A stretch of 64,000 bases of DNA. Origin: the human T2T-CHM13v2.0 reference genome, Homo sapiens. The position numbers and the translations under genes are program-made. Positions 1-12,640 of the stretch are shown one piece after another. The stretch is from assembly GCF_009914755.1 (NCBI RefSeq), contig NC_060925.1; one strand, 5' to 3'. Position 1 is the stretch's first letter. The number at the start of each line of letters is the position of its first letter. The notes beneath the pieces are model-generated. The model was not told the origin of the DNA. It did no database searches and worked only from the letters and a program-made list of their open reading frames with translations.

Positions 1-183
1 TCCTTTTCAAACATCTGACCCATGTTTTCTATTAATTTCTAAACTATCTAAGGGCAGTGACCTCTTCTTCTCCTTTTAGAGCTTCATGGTGCCTACCAAA
101 GCTAATACCTTATACTTTCAGCACATTATATACTTTTAGAAGTTATTTACATTATTGCATTTTTTCCTCATAAGATTACTTTC

Positions 184-210
184 CAGCAGCAGCAGCAGCA
201 GCAGCAGCAG
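184..210 (+). repeat. (CAG)9 trinucleotide repeat (CTG on minus strand)
   Basis: Nine perfect CAG units counted directly; followed by a MIR-like segment (cccccatttacagatga). Confidence 0.97.
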
Positions 211-1096
211 CGATGTAATTGACCCCCATTTACAGATGATGCAGCTTTAAGGCAGAGAATTCCATGGCTGGCCCAAGGATAGCTAGACATGTGGGCTTAT
301 GTGGGAAAACAGAAGGCCCTGGCACAAAATCACAATGCAGACAGTGAAATTGATTGTTACCTAACAAGACCTGAAGCCAAGGGAGCTCTGATGCTCAGAG
401 AAGATGATGGGGTGCTCATGGATTAGCGCACGGTCCGATATTTCCCTGTGGTTCTCCGCTCACTGGATGCCTGATTCTCTTGTACTGTGCTTTAAAAACA
501 GCAATGTTCAGAGTCACAGTGGAGTCAGGAAGAGGGAGCTTGCCATTAGTCCTGATTATTTAAGCAAACTCCCGTTCTTTCCTCCCGCATCCTGCTCTCA
601 AACCTCCAATGTGCTGTGTGCAGATGTGCTATGGGTTCCTAGGAGAATGCTGTGATACAGACAGCGGGACTGGTCTCCTCTTGCCCCTCCCCATCCCATT
701 TGTGCTGGGGGAAATGTAGTCACATCATTTGCATTTATCAGGAGAATATGCCTCCTTGTCTGTAGCCTTTAGTCTGACTGAATTGCTTTTCTGCTTCATG
801 AAACACACAGCGCGGCAGCCCAGTGCTCCTTTCTCCTCCTCACTTCACCGGCGTCGGGCCGTAACCCACTTTGCTCTCCAGCGCATTTATCATATTGATC
901 GTATAAGAAATAGATCATAAGCAGAATGAAATTACCGAATGCAATGATCTGGGGCATCCTATGGACCAGATCAATCTTGGGGCAGCCAGGAAAAAAAGTC
1001 CCTTGCTGTGACGTTTTCCGAAGTTGATTTTCATTGCAGATAGAAATTTCCATCAGCTGAGGCACCCTGGAGGGAAAAGTCTGCTGTGCTGACAAG

Positions 1097-1098
<2 letters not shown>

Positions 1099-1134
<36 letters not shown>
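1099..1134. repeat. (GT)18 microsatellite
   Basis: Directly visible. Confidence 0.97.
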
Positions 1135-1136
<2 letters not shown>

Positions 1137-2175
1137 TCTGAGAAAATGAGGAGGTGGGAGGGAGGGAGAAAGAGGGAGAGAGAGAGGGAAAATGGGAGCT
1201 TGAGAAAATTCATTCATTAGAAAGAGGACTTCCTTAGCTAGATCTCATTTGAAATGGATGTTTGAGGCTCTAGCTGTAATAAAACCCATTTTTTCTTGCC
1301 TATCTCAGATTCTCTAAATTGTTCTTGTATTGTGTGTGTGTGTGTGTGTGTGTTTGTATGGAAAAAATGGAAGAAGGTAAGACTCTCACTTGTTTAGAAG
1401 GCCCCTCAAGGACCCTTTTGAATCTGTACTCCTGGGCTGAGAGCCACCTGTCTTTTCACGCTGGACCTGGTCTGGGAATGTGCAGTGTTGGCAGGAGGCT
1501 GGAGTTTTAACAACATAGTTGGTACAGGACAGTGTGGAATTTATTTATAGACTGTTCCTTGAAAACATAAGCTTAAAGCCCCTCTCTCCTAAACCTGAGG
1601 CTCCAGACATGACCTCTGCCATCGTAAGAATATTCTCCCTGTCTGGAGACAAGGCTGGTGGGTTCAGCTGAGACTGGAAACCCAAGTGAACAAGGTCTCT
1701 GGCAGCCTGCCACCACCTCAGACTGAGGCAGAAACCCACAGTGGGAATGCGGTCCGAGGCCCCCATCGCCCCCTTCCCGCTGTGAAATCCATCCCCAGAC
1801 ACTGAGACTCAGTGTTATTGGCTTTGGCAACATTCATCATGCCAATAAACTCATTGAAATTGAAGAAACCAGAGTGGGGACGGAGATCAGGGAATAGAAG
1901 GGGGTGAGGAGGGAGAAGGGAGGGAAGTGTGCAAAGGACAGCAGGGAACAGGAGCTGCCCTCAGATTCTCCGGTGAGCTGAAAGTGAGAGACGTCATGGA
2001 TGCCAAATAGCTGAATTCATGGAGGAGAGAAGGCACAGGCATGAACAGACCTCCTCCCAATCCTCCAAAGCTGTCTCTGCCTGCTCCCTGTCACCACTGA
2101 AGCATCTGTGCTCACGGAAATATCTCTGGAAACCTTCCTGTAGAGCAAATGGCCAAGGAAACACACATGTGCGCC

Positions 2176-2177
<2 letters not shown>

Positions 2178-2205
<28 letters not shown>
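2178..2205. repeat. (CA)n microsatellite
   Basis: Directly visible. Confidence 0.95.
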
Positions 2206-2206
<1 letters not shown>

Positions 2207-4404
2207 CCGTCAGTGAGACAATGAGAAATAAAACACCACGAAATATATCTGCCAGGACTATGGGGAAATATACCAGCCACTCATCTGAAGCCAGAGGAGA
2301 ACCAGGCTGGGTTGAGGAGCTGAGCAGTTTCCTGCTAGCACTACTCTGTCCACATCCCAGCCCTACTCCGGTGCTAAATTCTGCCCTGGTATATGCTCCT
2401 AGATGTGCAGAGTTTTCTAGAGTTAGAAATGCTACTCAGAATTCATCCAGGATAGCTCTGTATTGTTTTCCCTGGATAGAGGACTGCCTCTCCTAATCCT
2501 GAAGACCCCCAGAAGTGGTGAAAGCCATGTTTCACAGCCCTCACCGTCAGGAAAGTCCCCTCATTACCTGATATTGTAGCCTTGGCTGTTTCCCTTGTCT
2601 CTGTCATGATTGGACACAACTGTGCAGGGAAACATCAGAGCCCTGAAAGCCAAGCATTTGAAAACGGAAAACTACCAGGCTGCTCTCTGGACAAAACAGC
2701 TCCTCCTTCCATAAACTCTTCTTCAGTTTGTCTATTTCTAGCTGCTATTCTTGCATAGCTGAAGACTGTCTTTACTTCTTAGCGGTCCTGTTGCATTCAT
2801 TCTTCTGTCTTCCTGTCCCTTGCTAGAGATGTGCCTGTGTGGTCAGTGGAGAGCTGGCTTGTCATCTTAGCTGCTGTATTTCCTCACCTACCGTCCTTTC
2901 CATCTTATCCATCAAATATGCAAAAAATTTTCGGAGTTTCTTCTAGGCAAGGAGAGGCAAAAGGATAATTGAAGAAAACTGAGGCTGATTTGAAGTCTGC
3001 AAAAAGGGAAGGAAGGATAAAGAGCTCTGATAGAGAGGCAGCATCAGTAATCCAGGAATGTAGAATGAAATTTCAAAGACGTCCTTGGCTTTTTGAAAGC
3101 TGAGTTTCGTTCAGTTGTCTCAGACTTTTAAAAGAAGGAGCTAAAATAAGAATGATCATTTGAATTTAGGAAAGACTTTCTTACTTTCCAAAGAGAATTT
3201 ATTTCATAATCACAGATTATTCTGTTGATGTCCAATCAATCATCTAATCTATGTTGCTAATTGTCACAAGGCTGATCAAAAGCGTGGCTGTCTCAGTGCA
3301 ACGCCATCCTGGCTACTGGCAAGCATGGAAAAGTCATGTCCTTTCGGCTGAGAGTAGGTTCCTGGATATATGTTTGCAAATTACAGCAAGTTGCTGAGGG
3401 AGGGAGCATTCCATGTAGGGACTTGTGGGGGGAGTTGGAGAACATATGTCATGTGTAGGAAGAGAACTGTAGTGTCTGCAGGGCTTCAGACAGCTGAGAA
3501 AAACTATGTGGATTCAGAGACTGACAGCAAGAAAGGAATGAAGATGGGATACAGGAATGTTCTCCCAGTGACTCCATGGGAACCTTTTTTATCAGCCAGG
3601 GGTTAATTTGAGACAAAAGGCTGGTGCTGTGAGCATGGGATTCCTGCCCTGTCCTGAGCCTGATGGATCCATTCCCTTAATTAAATGCACACAGTTTATT
3701 TTACCAACTCTAATTACTTGAAGAATGAGTATCAGGTTTCTTTATCCTTCTGTGGGTCCTGAATCCCCGCCAACCCCACAAGCCTTACGTGCACTGAGGC
3801 TAATGGAGCTTTTATTCCAATGAGTTGAGAGCCAACCCACCTTTGTGGAGAGAGGAATATTAAAAAGAAGGAGGAGGAGAAGAAGAAAGAAATGCTTAAT
3901 GTTTGTCTGGTGGATGAAAAATTTCACAAGATAAATTAAAGTGTTTTCTGGCTGAATGGAGAAACGGGGGGCAGGATGGTAGAGATAATTTTTCCAGGAC
4001 TCAGAATGATTTATCTTATCGCTGTGTTCTTTAGACAAGAGGTTCCATTTATTTAGTCATTTATTTTATTAGTTTTCTGAAGATACCCCCTATTCTTCCC
4101 CCACGTCCAACACAAAGACATAGCACTTGGCACAAGGAGCATGGGGCTGGGAGACAAGACTGGGATCCCTGGATCCAGGCTGTCATTCATTCAGCCCCAT
4201 GCCAGGCACCAGGCCCTGTGCTGGAGAGACAGCTGTGCTTGCATGGAAATTGTTCCTGTCCTCAAAACCAGCATCAAATGGGAGATAAAGACTCATAAAC
4301 CAGTGAATATAATTCTCTGTGATAAATGCTGTGCTATCAGAACCTCTCTGCAACCCACATACCCCAATAATGACCTTTGATAAGCCTTCAAGAGATCATC
4401 TAGT

Positions 4405-4636
4405 ACAGTAGTTCTCAGGGTGATTTTTGCCCATCAGGGGCATTTGCAATGTCTGGAGATGTTTTTAATTGTCACAACTGGGGGAGAGGGGTGGAATCTC
4501 TACCTACAGGGATCTTGTGGGTAGAGGCTAGAATGCTGCAAAGTATCTTTCAGTCCTACAGTGCGTGGGACAGCCTCTTTCAGCAAAGAATTATCCAGCC
4601 CAAATGTCAATAGTGCCACTGTTGACAAACTCTGCT
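4405..4636 (+). mobile_element. MER20 (hAT-Charlie DNA transposon fossil)
   Basis: cagtagttctc...gcaatgtctggagatgtttttaattgtcacaactggggg...aagaattatccagcccaaatgtcaatagtgcc matches the recalled MER20 consensus. Confidence 0.88.
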
Positions 4637-5366
4637 TTAGTCTATCCTTCTGCCTCAAGACAGGCCTGTGCTGAACCCATCCTGAGAACTATCTGGCTTC
4701 TCTCAAATCTTCGTTTCATGCTGCTGGGCTCTGCTCGGCCACTGCTGAATGGGCTTGAGAGAGGGAATTTCCTTTTGCCCTGTTCTGATACCTGGAGATA
4801 GAACTGTATTTTAAAAGTAGCACAAATGGATACAATTATTTATGTGAGGTGGTAGGAATATCTTTAGGAGAGCATCTCAAATTCAGGGTGGAGTAGATGA
4901 AAACATAAAATCCTGCCTGGATGCCTTACATTTCTTTTTTTGTGGAACTCTCTGTCACATACAGAACTCCTCACTCGTAGAGTTCTTGGCAGTGGAAATA
5001 ATTTGGGACTAGGTTGAGTCCTTAAATAGTTTCCCTTTTGCATGCCCCAACCTTTATTCTGAATGTTTACAAAAAAATACTGCCAAGGCTTTTTCTTCGG
5101 ATCTTCATGTAACTGTATGTTATGTACCATGGAGTTATTTTTGAGCAATTAAGCCTCCCCATGCCAGGTTTTCTCATCCTCTACCAAAGCCATAAAGATG
5201 GGGCCTTGTGTCTGGCTTTTCAGGGAAAGCAGATGGCTCTTTGGGTACTGGCAGGAGACAGGTGTGAAGTTTCAGGGGCCGGAGGGCTTGTCTGGCATAC
5301 TATGCAAATTTGGCTGCATTTTGCATCCCTCCTAGGAGCTACAACCAAATGGAGCTTGCTTCTACA

Positions 5367-5380
5367 TCTCTCTCTCTCTG

Positions 5381-5414
<34 letters not shown>

Positions 5415-5415
5415 A

Positions 5416-5464
<49 letters not shown>
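5367..5464. repeat. Compound microsatellite (TC)n-(TG)n-(GA)n
   Basis: Directly visible. Confidence 0.97.
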
Positions 5465-5467
<3 letters not shown>

Positions 5468-7562
5468 ACTGTTGTGTACATATGTGTACTGAGGTAGCAA
5501 CAAAAGCTGTCATTTTATCCTGGTCTAAATTGTATAAAAAAAGATGAATGAATCCATCAGGGTCAGCTTTCTGGGAGGACAGTGTGTAATTCTCTTTTTA
5601 ACTTGATCAACATCTGAGTCTGCTTCTTGTCTCCAGATGCTGAGACCTCAGAGTGGCTGGCTTAGTGGCTGACAGTCACCAGGAGGCTCAGCAGAGGAGT
5701 GCTGATGAATTCTTCTTACACGTAGACCATAGGTTAGTGATAGTTGCAGTTGGAGATTTGCATTAATTGGTCTATCCTGGATTATGGCTACTGTCCTTTC
5801 CTTTAGAAGGGGCATTGTGTGAAGGTGACTACATGCCAAAGATTTTGTCAGAGGCATGTCTCAAGTTTAAATGCTTTTTTCTTAGATCTCCCAAAGTACT
5901 TATCAAACCATAATTTTTACATTTTAAAGAATATGTTTCCTGTAACTATCAGATTATTTATTTTGTCATGGAAACACCCTCTAGTCCCCAATAACCCAGA
6001 ACCAAGAAGAACAAAACCTTATTTCTACTGACTTCCAGTTTCTGCCCCAGCTTCACCCAAGCCTAGTAACCCAGAGATTTCGGGCTGGAGGAGAATTTGA
6101 ATGTAACTAACTAGTAATATATTCTATATTTCCTTCCTCTTTAAAGAGTAGATTGGCTACACCACTACTGATTCTTGTCTCTAATGATTAATTTTTACTT
6201 GCTTTCACCAGAATGCCCTTAAGTGCCAAAGATGGGTTACCAGTGGCTCCCAACAAGTTAACACATGTTACCATTTGGGTTGGATAAGGGAGCCTGTGTG
6301 GCTTAGTGGAAACCCATCCCTGTGGTTTGGTCAATACCATATGTTCATAATGAAAAGGACTACACATTCCTGAGGAAGCAACACACCCTCCTTGGGGGGC
6401 TTTCAGGGAAGTAGGAGAGTACGCATTACCAATGAGAGGAGATATACCGTACTTGCTGGACTGGAGCCATCTAGGGACCTGAGTGTTATTAGCCAGAAGG
6501 CTCTGCACAGACTGGCCTGTTGGTCCTCTCACTGGGGGCTGATGCAACCGCAGCAATGCATATCTGTGGCTCACCTGCCAGTATTCAGTGTCTACTCTAG
6601 TATTTGGCATTGAAGGCCCTTAGAAATATCTGCACAAACACCGAGTTCTAGGCTTTCCGATAGAGTGTAGACCACGGAGGTGGCAAAGGCTTTCACTACC
6701 TTTTAGGATAGAATTAGATGAGAACCCAGGTCCCAAGAAAGCCAACAGAGACCTGAGCAGATCAAACGACTCTTTAGCAGCCTCAGTGGCAATGCTGTAG
6801 GCATGTCTAGGTGAAATTTCTTGCCTTAGTGTTCATAGCAAACACACTCGGATCCCCAAATCCTTTGGCAATGTTGCTTCCCGTTATCCTCACTTTTTTG
6901 CTCTCTGTTTAAGCCATGTGGAAGTATTTCCCATTCCTGACTTGTCCTGAGAGTCCCCCTATTTCTATAAAATGCTGCTCCCACCTTGATACAATTTCTT
7001 ATTAAAGTCCCTGTATTTAGATTTGATACCAAGACTGGGAGCAGGGACTGGCACTGGGAATCAAATTTGAAAGTAAATATTAAGGAGTATAAAATGATGT
7101 TGGTTAAAAAAAAAAAAAAAAGGTGCTACCACATCATTTCATCCAGGCACTGTTTGAGGCATTTGATGTACATGTTTTCATTTCATATCTTGAGTTGTCA
7201 CAATTACTGAGTGAGTTGGCATCATTTCATGGAATGCTTTAGTGGACCAGGATCTCCCTCAGTTCCCAAACAGACAGGAACCTGAACCCCTATACTCTGC
7301 TTTTGGCTTTCTGATTGGCTTTTGCTGCTCTTGAGAAAGCATACTAGTCTTGTCCAAGTTCTTCCCTGGAGTAGAGGATTGTGCCAATGACCTAGAGACC
7401 TAGGTAAGTGCCCCATGGTGGCCCTCATGCCATCCTTCCAGCCCCGGCCTAACTCACATATACTTCCACCAGGGGTGCTGATCCCCTCCAGGTGGAATTA
7501 ATCTCTCCCTTCCCTTAATCCCAAAGCATCTTTATATTAGGACTTTTTACTGCCTCCCTAAC

Positions 7563-7858
7563 TTTTTTTTTTTTGAGACAGAGCCTCGCTCTGTCACCCA
7601 GGCTGGAGTGCAGTGGGGTAACCTCGGCTCACTGCAACCTCTACCTCTTGTGCTCAAGTGATCCCCCTACTTCAGCCTCTCATGTCACTGGGATTACAGG
7701 CACCCACCATCACACCCAGCTATTTTTTGTATTTTCGGGAGAGACAGGGTTTCAACATGTTGGCCAGGCTTGTCTTGGACTCCTGACCTCAAGTGATCTC
7801 TGCCTGCCTCGGCCTCCCAAAATGCTGGGATTACAGGCATGAGCCACCATGCCCAGCC
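7563..7858 (-). mobile_element. Alu (old S/J class), full length
   Basis: Poly(T) then gagacagagcctcgctctgtcacccaggctggagtgcag...gagccaccatgcccagcc; TSD cctccctaactt on both sides. Confidence 0.97.
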
Positions 7859-8612
7859 CCTCCCTAACTTCTATATGGATTTATGGGATCCACTTGACAG
7901 AGCTCTATGCAGGCAGAAGTCATGTTCATTCACGTTTGCATCCCCAGAGCATTGCTGGATGCATAGGAAGCCCTAATAGATGACTTCAATTTAACTGATC
8001 TGTACAGATGGCTGAGAAAGACCCAGGTCACAGCACTGTGATAGATGTTTGAGCTTGTGTCTGTGTGTATGTGTAAGAGAGAGGCCCCAACTGGAAGATG
8101 GATTTGGAGTGAGGCTTTATGGAAGTAAAACCAACTGCAACTGGGCTTTTGTGTATAGAGAAAACAATTCCCCATTGAAATATATGCCTTTCCTTGGCAC
8201 TGCTATCACCCTCCTTCTAGAGGCCTCAGTGTAAGTCACTCTTAGCATAGCAACTTCTTGGAATCTACCACAGTAAGGTCATGGCTGGAGATGTAGCTGA
8301 TGCTGCTCCTGCCATCCCTCCTCCCTCCGCGGCCCTCTCGACAGTCCTTCTTCCCTCCATTCCTGTGCCGCAATCCCTATCAACCCTATCAACCACCCTC
8401 TTCTCTGTGTGGAGTTTCCCCAAAGGCTCTTGGAGTAGCAGTACTGTGGCGTCCTCAGGACTTTAGATTCAGAAGTGAGGTGCCTCCCTTGAGCAGTAAC
8501 CACTCCATATGCTTCTGTCTGATGAGCTCTGGGGGAGCCTGTGTGGCTGTGATAGTGCAAGTGGGCCAGGATCTGGTCTCTGTGGGACGTTCCCTCTTCC
8601 CTTGGGCACAAC

Positions 8613-8830
8613 TGTCATTCATTCAACATCTTGAAAATCACATATATTTATTGCAAACTTCCATATCAAGCACTGTGCTAAAATCTGGAGTAACAGAGCT
8701 GAGTAAGACATGGTCCTCGTTCTGGAGGAACCTTCAGGAGGACAGAGATGCATAAGCAAGTAACTGTGAAACAATTTATTAAGTACAATAGTCAAAGTGC
8801 GAATCAATAGCACAAAGGAGGAAGGAGAGA
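8613..8830 (-). mobile_element. L2 3' fragment
   Basis: tcattcattcaac...atttattg...gcactgtgcta, the reverse complement of the L2 3' end. Confidence 0.6.
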
Positions 8831-9039
8831 CTGTGCAGAGAATGTATACTTGGTGCCTGAACCCCAGATAAATGTGTGGCACATCCACAAATGGAATGGT
8901 ATTGATATGGAGTTAAGATGAGGAAAAGCATGTTGGCAGCACAAAAATAGTTTCTCCACAGAAATGTCAACTGGAGAGCTGAAAAGTGCTGGGGACTGAG
9001 TGGCTGAGTCAGGCAGCAGGGGTGAGCAGGCCGAGCCCT

Positions 9040-9260
9040 AGATGTGGAATCCGAGGGCCTGGGTTTGAACCCAACTTACTGCATACCAGTTGTATAGCCT
9101 TGCATAAGTCTCTTATATTTTCAGAACTTCAGTCTCCACTTTCAGAAACTGTGGACAATAATACCCTATGTACTGTGTTGATACGGGGGCAAAATTAGGT
9201 TATGGATGTAAATGTACTCTGGAATCTATAAAGTGATATGCACATGTTAGGTATTATTTT
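9040..9260 (+). mobile_element. MIR
   Basis: cctgggtttgaaccc...ccttgcataagtctcttata...ttcagtctcc...ataataccctat, MIR core. Confidence 0.65.
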
Positions 9261-10359
9261 TATATTGTGGGAAGGGAGAGCAAAGAAGAAAGCTAGGAAG
9301 TTAAAAACAGGTAGGTCCTACACAGTGGGGAATGGTGGGGACAAGTGGGAGGGGTTTGTGATTAATGTGGACGCTGAAATTTCACAGTTGTAATGGGCCA
9401 GTGGAGAGCTCAGCAGCACACATACACATCAGCCCCGACTAGGCTGGAGAGCTCAGAGTTTCCATGCTCTAAAGTTGGCAGTATGGCTGTTGACAGTTTA
9501 AAAAATGGTTGCTTAGCTTGGAGATTGAATGGCTGTTGAAAAGTAAAGTATCATTTGATTTTTATTGTCAGAAAGACTTAGACCAGGAGAAATTTTCTGT
9601 AAAACACGTGTGCAATTTGGGGACAGTTTGTCATCATTGTGGCTTCTGGTTTTTACATGTTTTGCTCTTGTCATATTGATGTACAAATTCAAGGTTAGTG
9701 CTGACATTCAGAAGAAAGCAAGGCATAATTGTGTGTCATGCTCTTTATTAGACTTGTTCCCTGATGGAACTGAGAGCTTATTGCTATTGATTTAAATGTG
9801 TTCAGGTATTATTGATAACAGGGAATGAAGATGCATTCAGGGGCTTCACTTCCTCGTAGGGTCCATGTTCCCCTAGAAGGGCCTCTGTGAGCCATGTAGG
9901 GTGCCTGTGGGGGCTGTTGCCAGGCAGGGGAGGCTGGTATCCAAGTAGAACTAGGTGACACGCAGCCCCAGGAGACCAGAGAGAGAGTGGGAAGGAGAGC
10001 CTGAAGTGGGAAGTAGAGCCTGAATTGCCAGCAAGTAAAGAAGCAAACTGGAAAAAAAAAAAAAAACAGAAGAAACAAATGGAAGGGTTATGGGCATCTT
10101 AAATCCATAATGGGACATGAACTAGGAGGTAAAAAACTGGAAGGACTCACTTCAAATTGTGGTGCAGAGTGTGACACATGCAAAGAAAATAGATCCAAGT
10201 GGACTAAGCACCAAGGCTGTGACAAATACAAGAGGCATGGGGGTCTGCTCTGTACATGTTGGGGTGGACCTGACCACCTAGGACACAGGTAGGGGTGGAT
10301 AGGCAGGTTCTAGAGAGTATTTGAAATTCCTCCATTAGAAGTGTGTGTTCCTTTCCTTT

Positions 10360-10930
10360 ATCATGCATTCAGCCAACATTTCTTGAACGATTATTATGTG
10401 GCAGACATTAGCCTAGACATTCGAGATTTATCAGTGATGAAATAACTCAAAAATCCTTGCTCTCATAGGTTTACTTTCTAGCAGGGTGTGAAGACAAAGG
10501 AAAACAAACAGTTAACCTAATAAACAAGTAAATTATACATTATGTTATAAAATGCAAAGCACTGTGGAAGAAAAAACAAGTAAAGGGCAAAGGGGTTTTG
10601 GGGAGAGCATGAGGGCAGGTTGTATTTTCATTTGGTGCTTGGGGAAGGAGGAGACCTCCGTGAAAGGTAGTATTGGAGCAAAGACCTGATATAATCAGGG
10701 AGTGAGCTGAGATTTCTGAAGAAATATTATTCTAGTCAAAAAGAATAGCCAGGCAAAATACCCTAAGATGGAAGATGCAGTAAGAAGGCCATCTGGGTCA
10801 GAGTGGGGTGAATGGAGGACAAGGGAGCCACCAGGCAGAAATGGGATCAGAGAGGTGGGGGTGGCAAATTGCAAAGTGTCCTGTAGGACATTGTAATGGG
10901 GACTTTGGCTTTTCCTCTGAGGCTATGCAT
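10360..10930 (-). mobile_element. L2 fragment
   Basis: cattcagccaacatttcttgaac...ttggagcaaagacctga...gactttggcttttcctctgag. Confidence 0.75.
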
Positions 10931-11991
10931 TGCCTGGTTTGAGCATCCTTTCTTTCTTTAAAAAAATATTTTCATAGCCTGGTTTTTAATGGTTAAGCTT
11001 CCTTTCTTAAATGCAAATTCCCCTTGGACAAAAACACACCTTTTGTCACGAATATAATAGCTAATTGTGAAAGCATTAATCACAGAACATCTGTTGTTGT
11101 TGATAGGATAAAAATAGACTATTCAGGGCTTCCTGCCTGTGCTAAAATGCTGAAGAAGACATAGAACGGCAACCCTGGGGTAGCCAAACTTACATGCATC
11201 TAACTGTTCTGCAATTCTGTGTCAGGGACGATAGGGTTGAAGCTATGTTTAAATCTCTTTTCATGACTGATCGGCTATGGCAGGATCCTGAATGATAGAC
11301 TATTACCTGGGCTGTCCTCTTGTAGATGTTGTCTTCTCTCCTCTCCCTCTCAGCTAGGGCAGTCTCAGATGCCTTCTGGGAGGAAAGGAAGAGGAGAGAA
11401 GGAGCACCTCTCTGAGAAAGGAATGGTGTCCAACCTCTGCCAGTCCCAGGAGTGGAGCAGGTCGGCACCATTTGTCTCTTCCTCTGCTGGAGGTGAGCTC
11501 TGTCTACACAGCAGGAGAGCAGAGACAAAGACAAATAAAGGCATTTGGGTCTGCTGTTTGCTTTCAAGGAATTGTGTTTGGTAGCTTGTCAGGAAATGAT
11601 TTCCTATAAGGGTTGATCCAGGAAGACACAAAGTCAACTTGGGTTGTAATTGGAGACTCCCTGCAGAGAGATCTGGAAGCCTGAAAGAGGGTGGCAATTG
11701 AATCCCTAGGCATTGTTGGTTGGACAACTCATTCTTTCCCAAGTCTGAGAAAATGTTTTTCTTTTCAAAGAATGTGCTGGAAGTCTCTAGCTTTGCTCGT
11801 CTAATGTTGTTTTAAAGACAGAAAGCATCAACTACATCTGGATCTCTAAGAAAGTCCTGGGAAATAAAATGAGATCCTCCAAGTCAAGGTTAAGGGTTCC
11901 AAGTTGAGCCAAGAGTTTTCTTAGCAAATCACCTTGTTCATCTCCCTGTGACCAGGCAGGACTGAACCCCTCCCAGGCAGGAGAGTGATAG

Positions 11992-11993
<2 letters not shown>

Positions 11994-12039
<46 letters not shown>
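11994..12039. repeat. (GT)23 microsatellite
   Basis: Directly visible. Confidence 0.97.
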
Positions 12040-12041
<2 letters not shown>

Positions 12042-12429
12042 TACAGTCATCTACCAAACTTCCATGGGCTCCCTCACTGATAAGCCTTTCTTATATCCAA
12101 ACAAAATTTTTCTTGGTTCCAACTCCGAATAAGCAGTTTCTATTGAAATAAATGCAAAGCAGTAGCTTCGACATTCCTTCAGAAGAACCTGGCTTCATTC
12201 TATGGAGTTGAGATAGACACCGTTATTTGAGATGCCCCTGACCCCATGTGTTTCCTCTGTGACCTATTACAGTGCCCCAAATAGCATTACAAGCAATTCA
12301 TTTCTTTGCTCATTGAAGCCTCGTTAAGAGACAGGCTATTAAAATGTAAATATCTCCGGGGTAGAGAGCTTCAGGTAATGCTTTTTGGCTCTGTTATGAC
12401 AGCTAGTTGAGGTTGAAGAGATTCTTTAG

Positions 12430-12640
12430 GGATAAAGGATTTAAAATTATATAGACCTGGTTTGAACCTTGGCTCCACCGTTTAAGAGCTGTGCTATCTT
12501 GGCAACTTCTTTAACATCTCTGTTTTCTCTTTTGAATAATTGGGAAAATAATAGCAGTTTTCAGTTTTGCCTGAGGATTAAATAAGAAAATGAGTATAAC
12601 GCATTTTATCCAGGACTTGGCACATAATAAATATCGATAA
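12430..12640 (+). mobile_element. MIR
   Basis: agacctggtttgaaccttggctccacc...gctgtgctatcttggcaac...gaggattaaataaga. Confidence 0.75.

Larger units (their letters stand above)
400..2300 (-). promoter_or_regulatory. Putative promoter / alternative first-exon region (non-CpG-island type)
   Basis: No recognisable TE over ~2 kb; CpGs retained (cagcgcgg, ccggcgtcgggccg, tgacgttttccg); (GT)n and GA-rich tracts; CRE-like gacgtca near 1990; possible minus-strand donor TCG|GTAATT at 936/935. Inference only. Confidence 0.3.
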
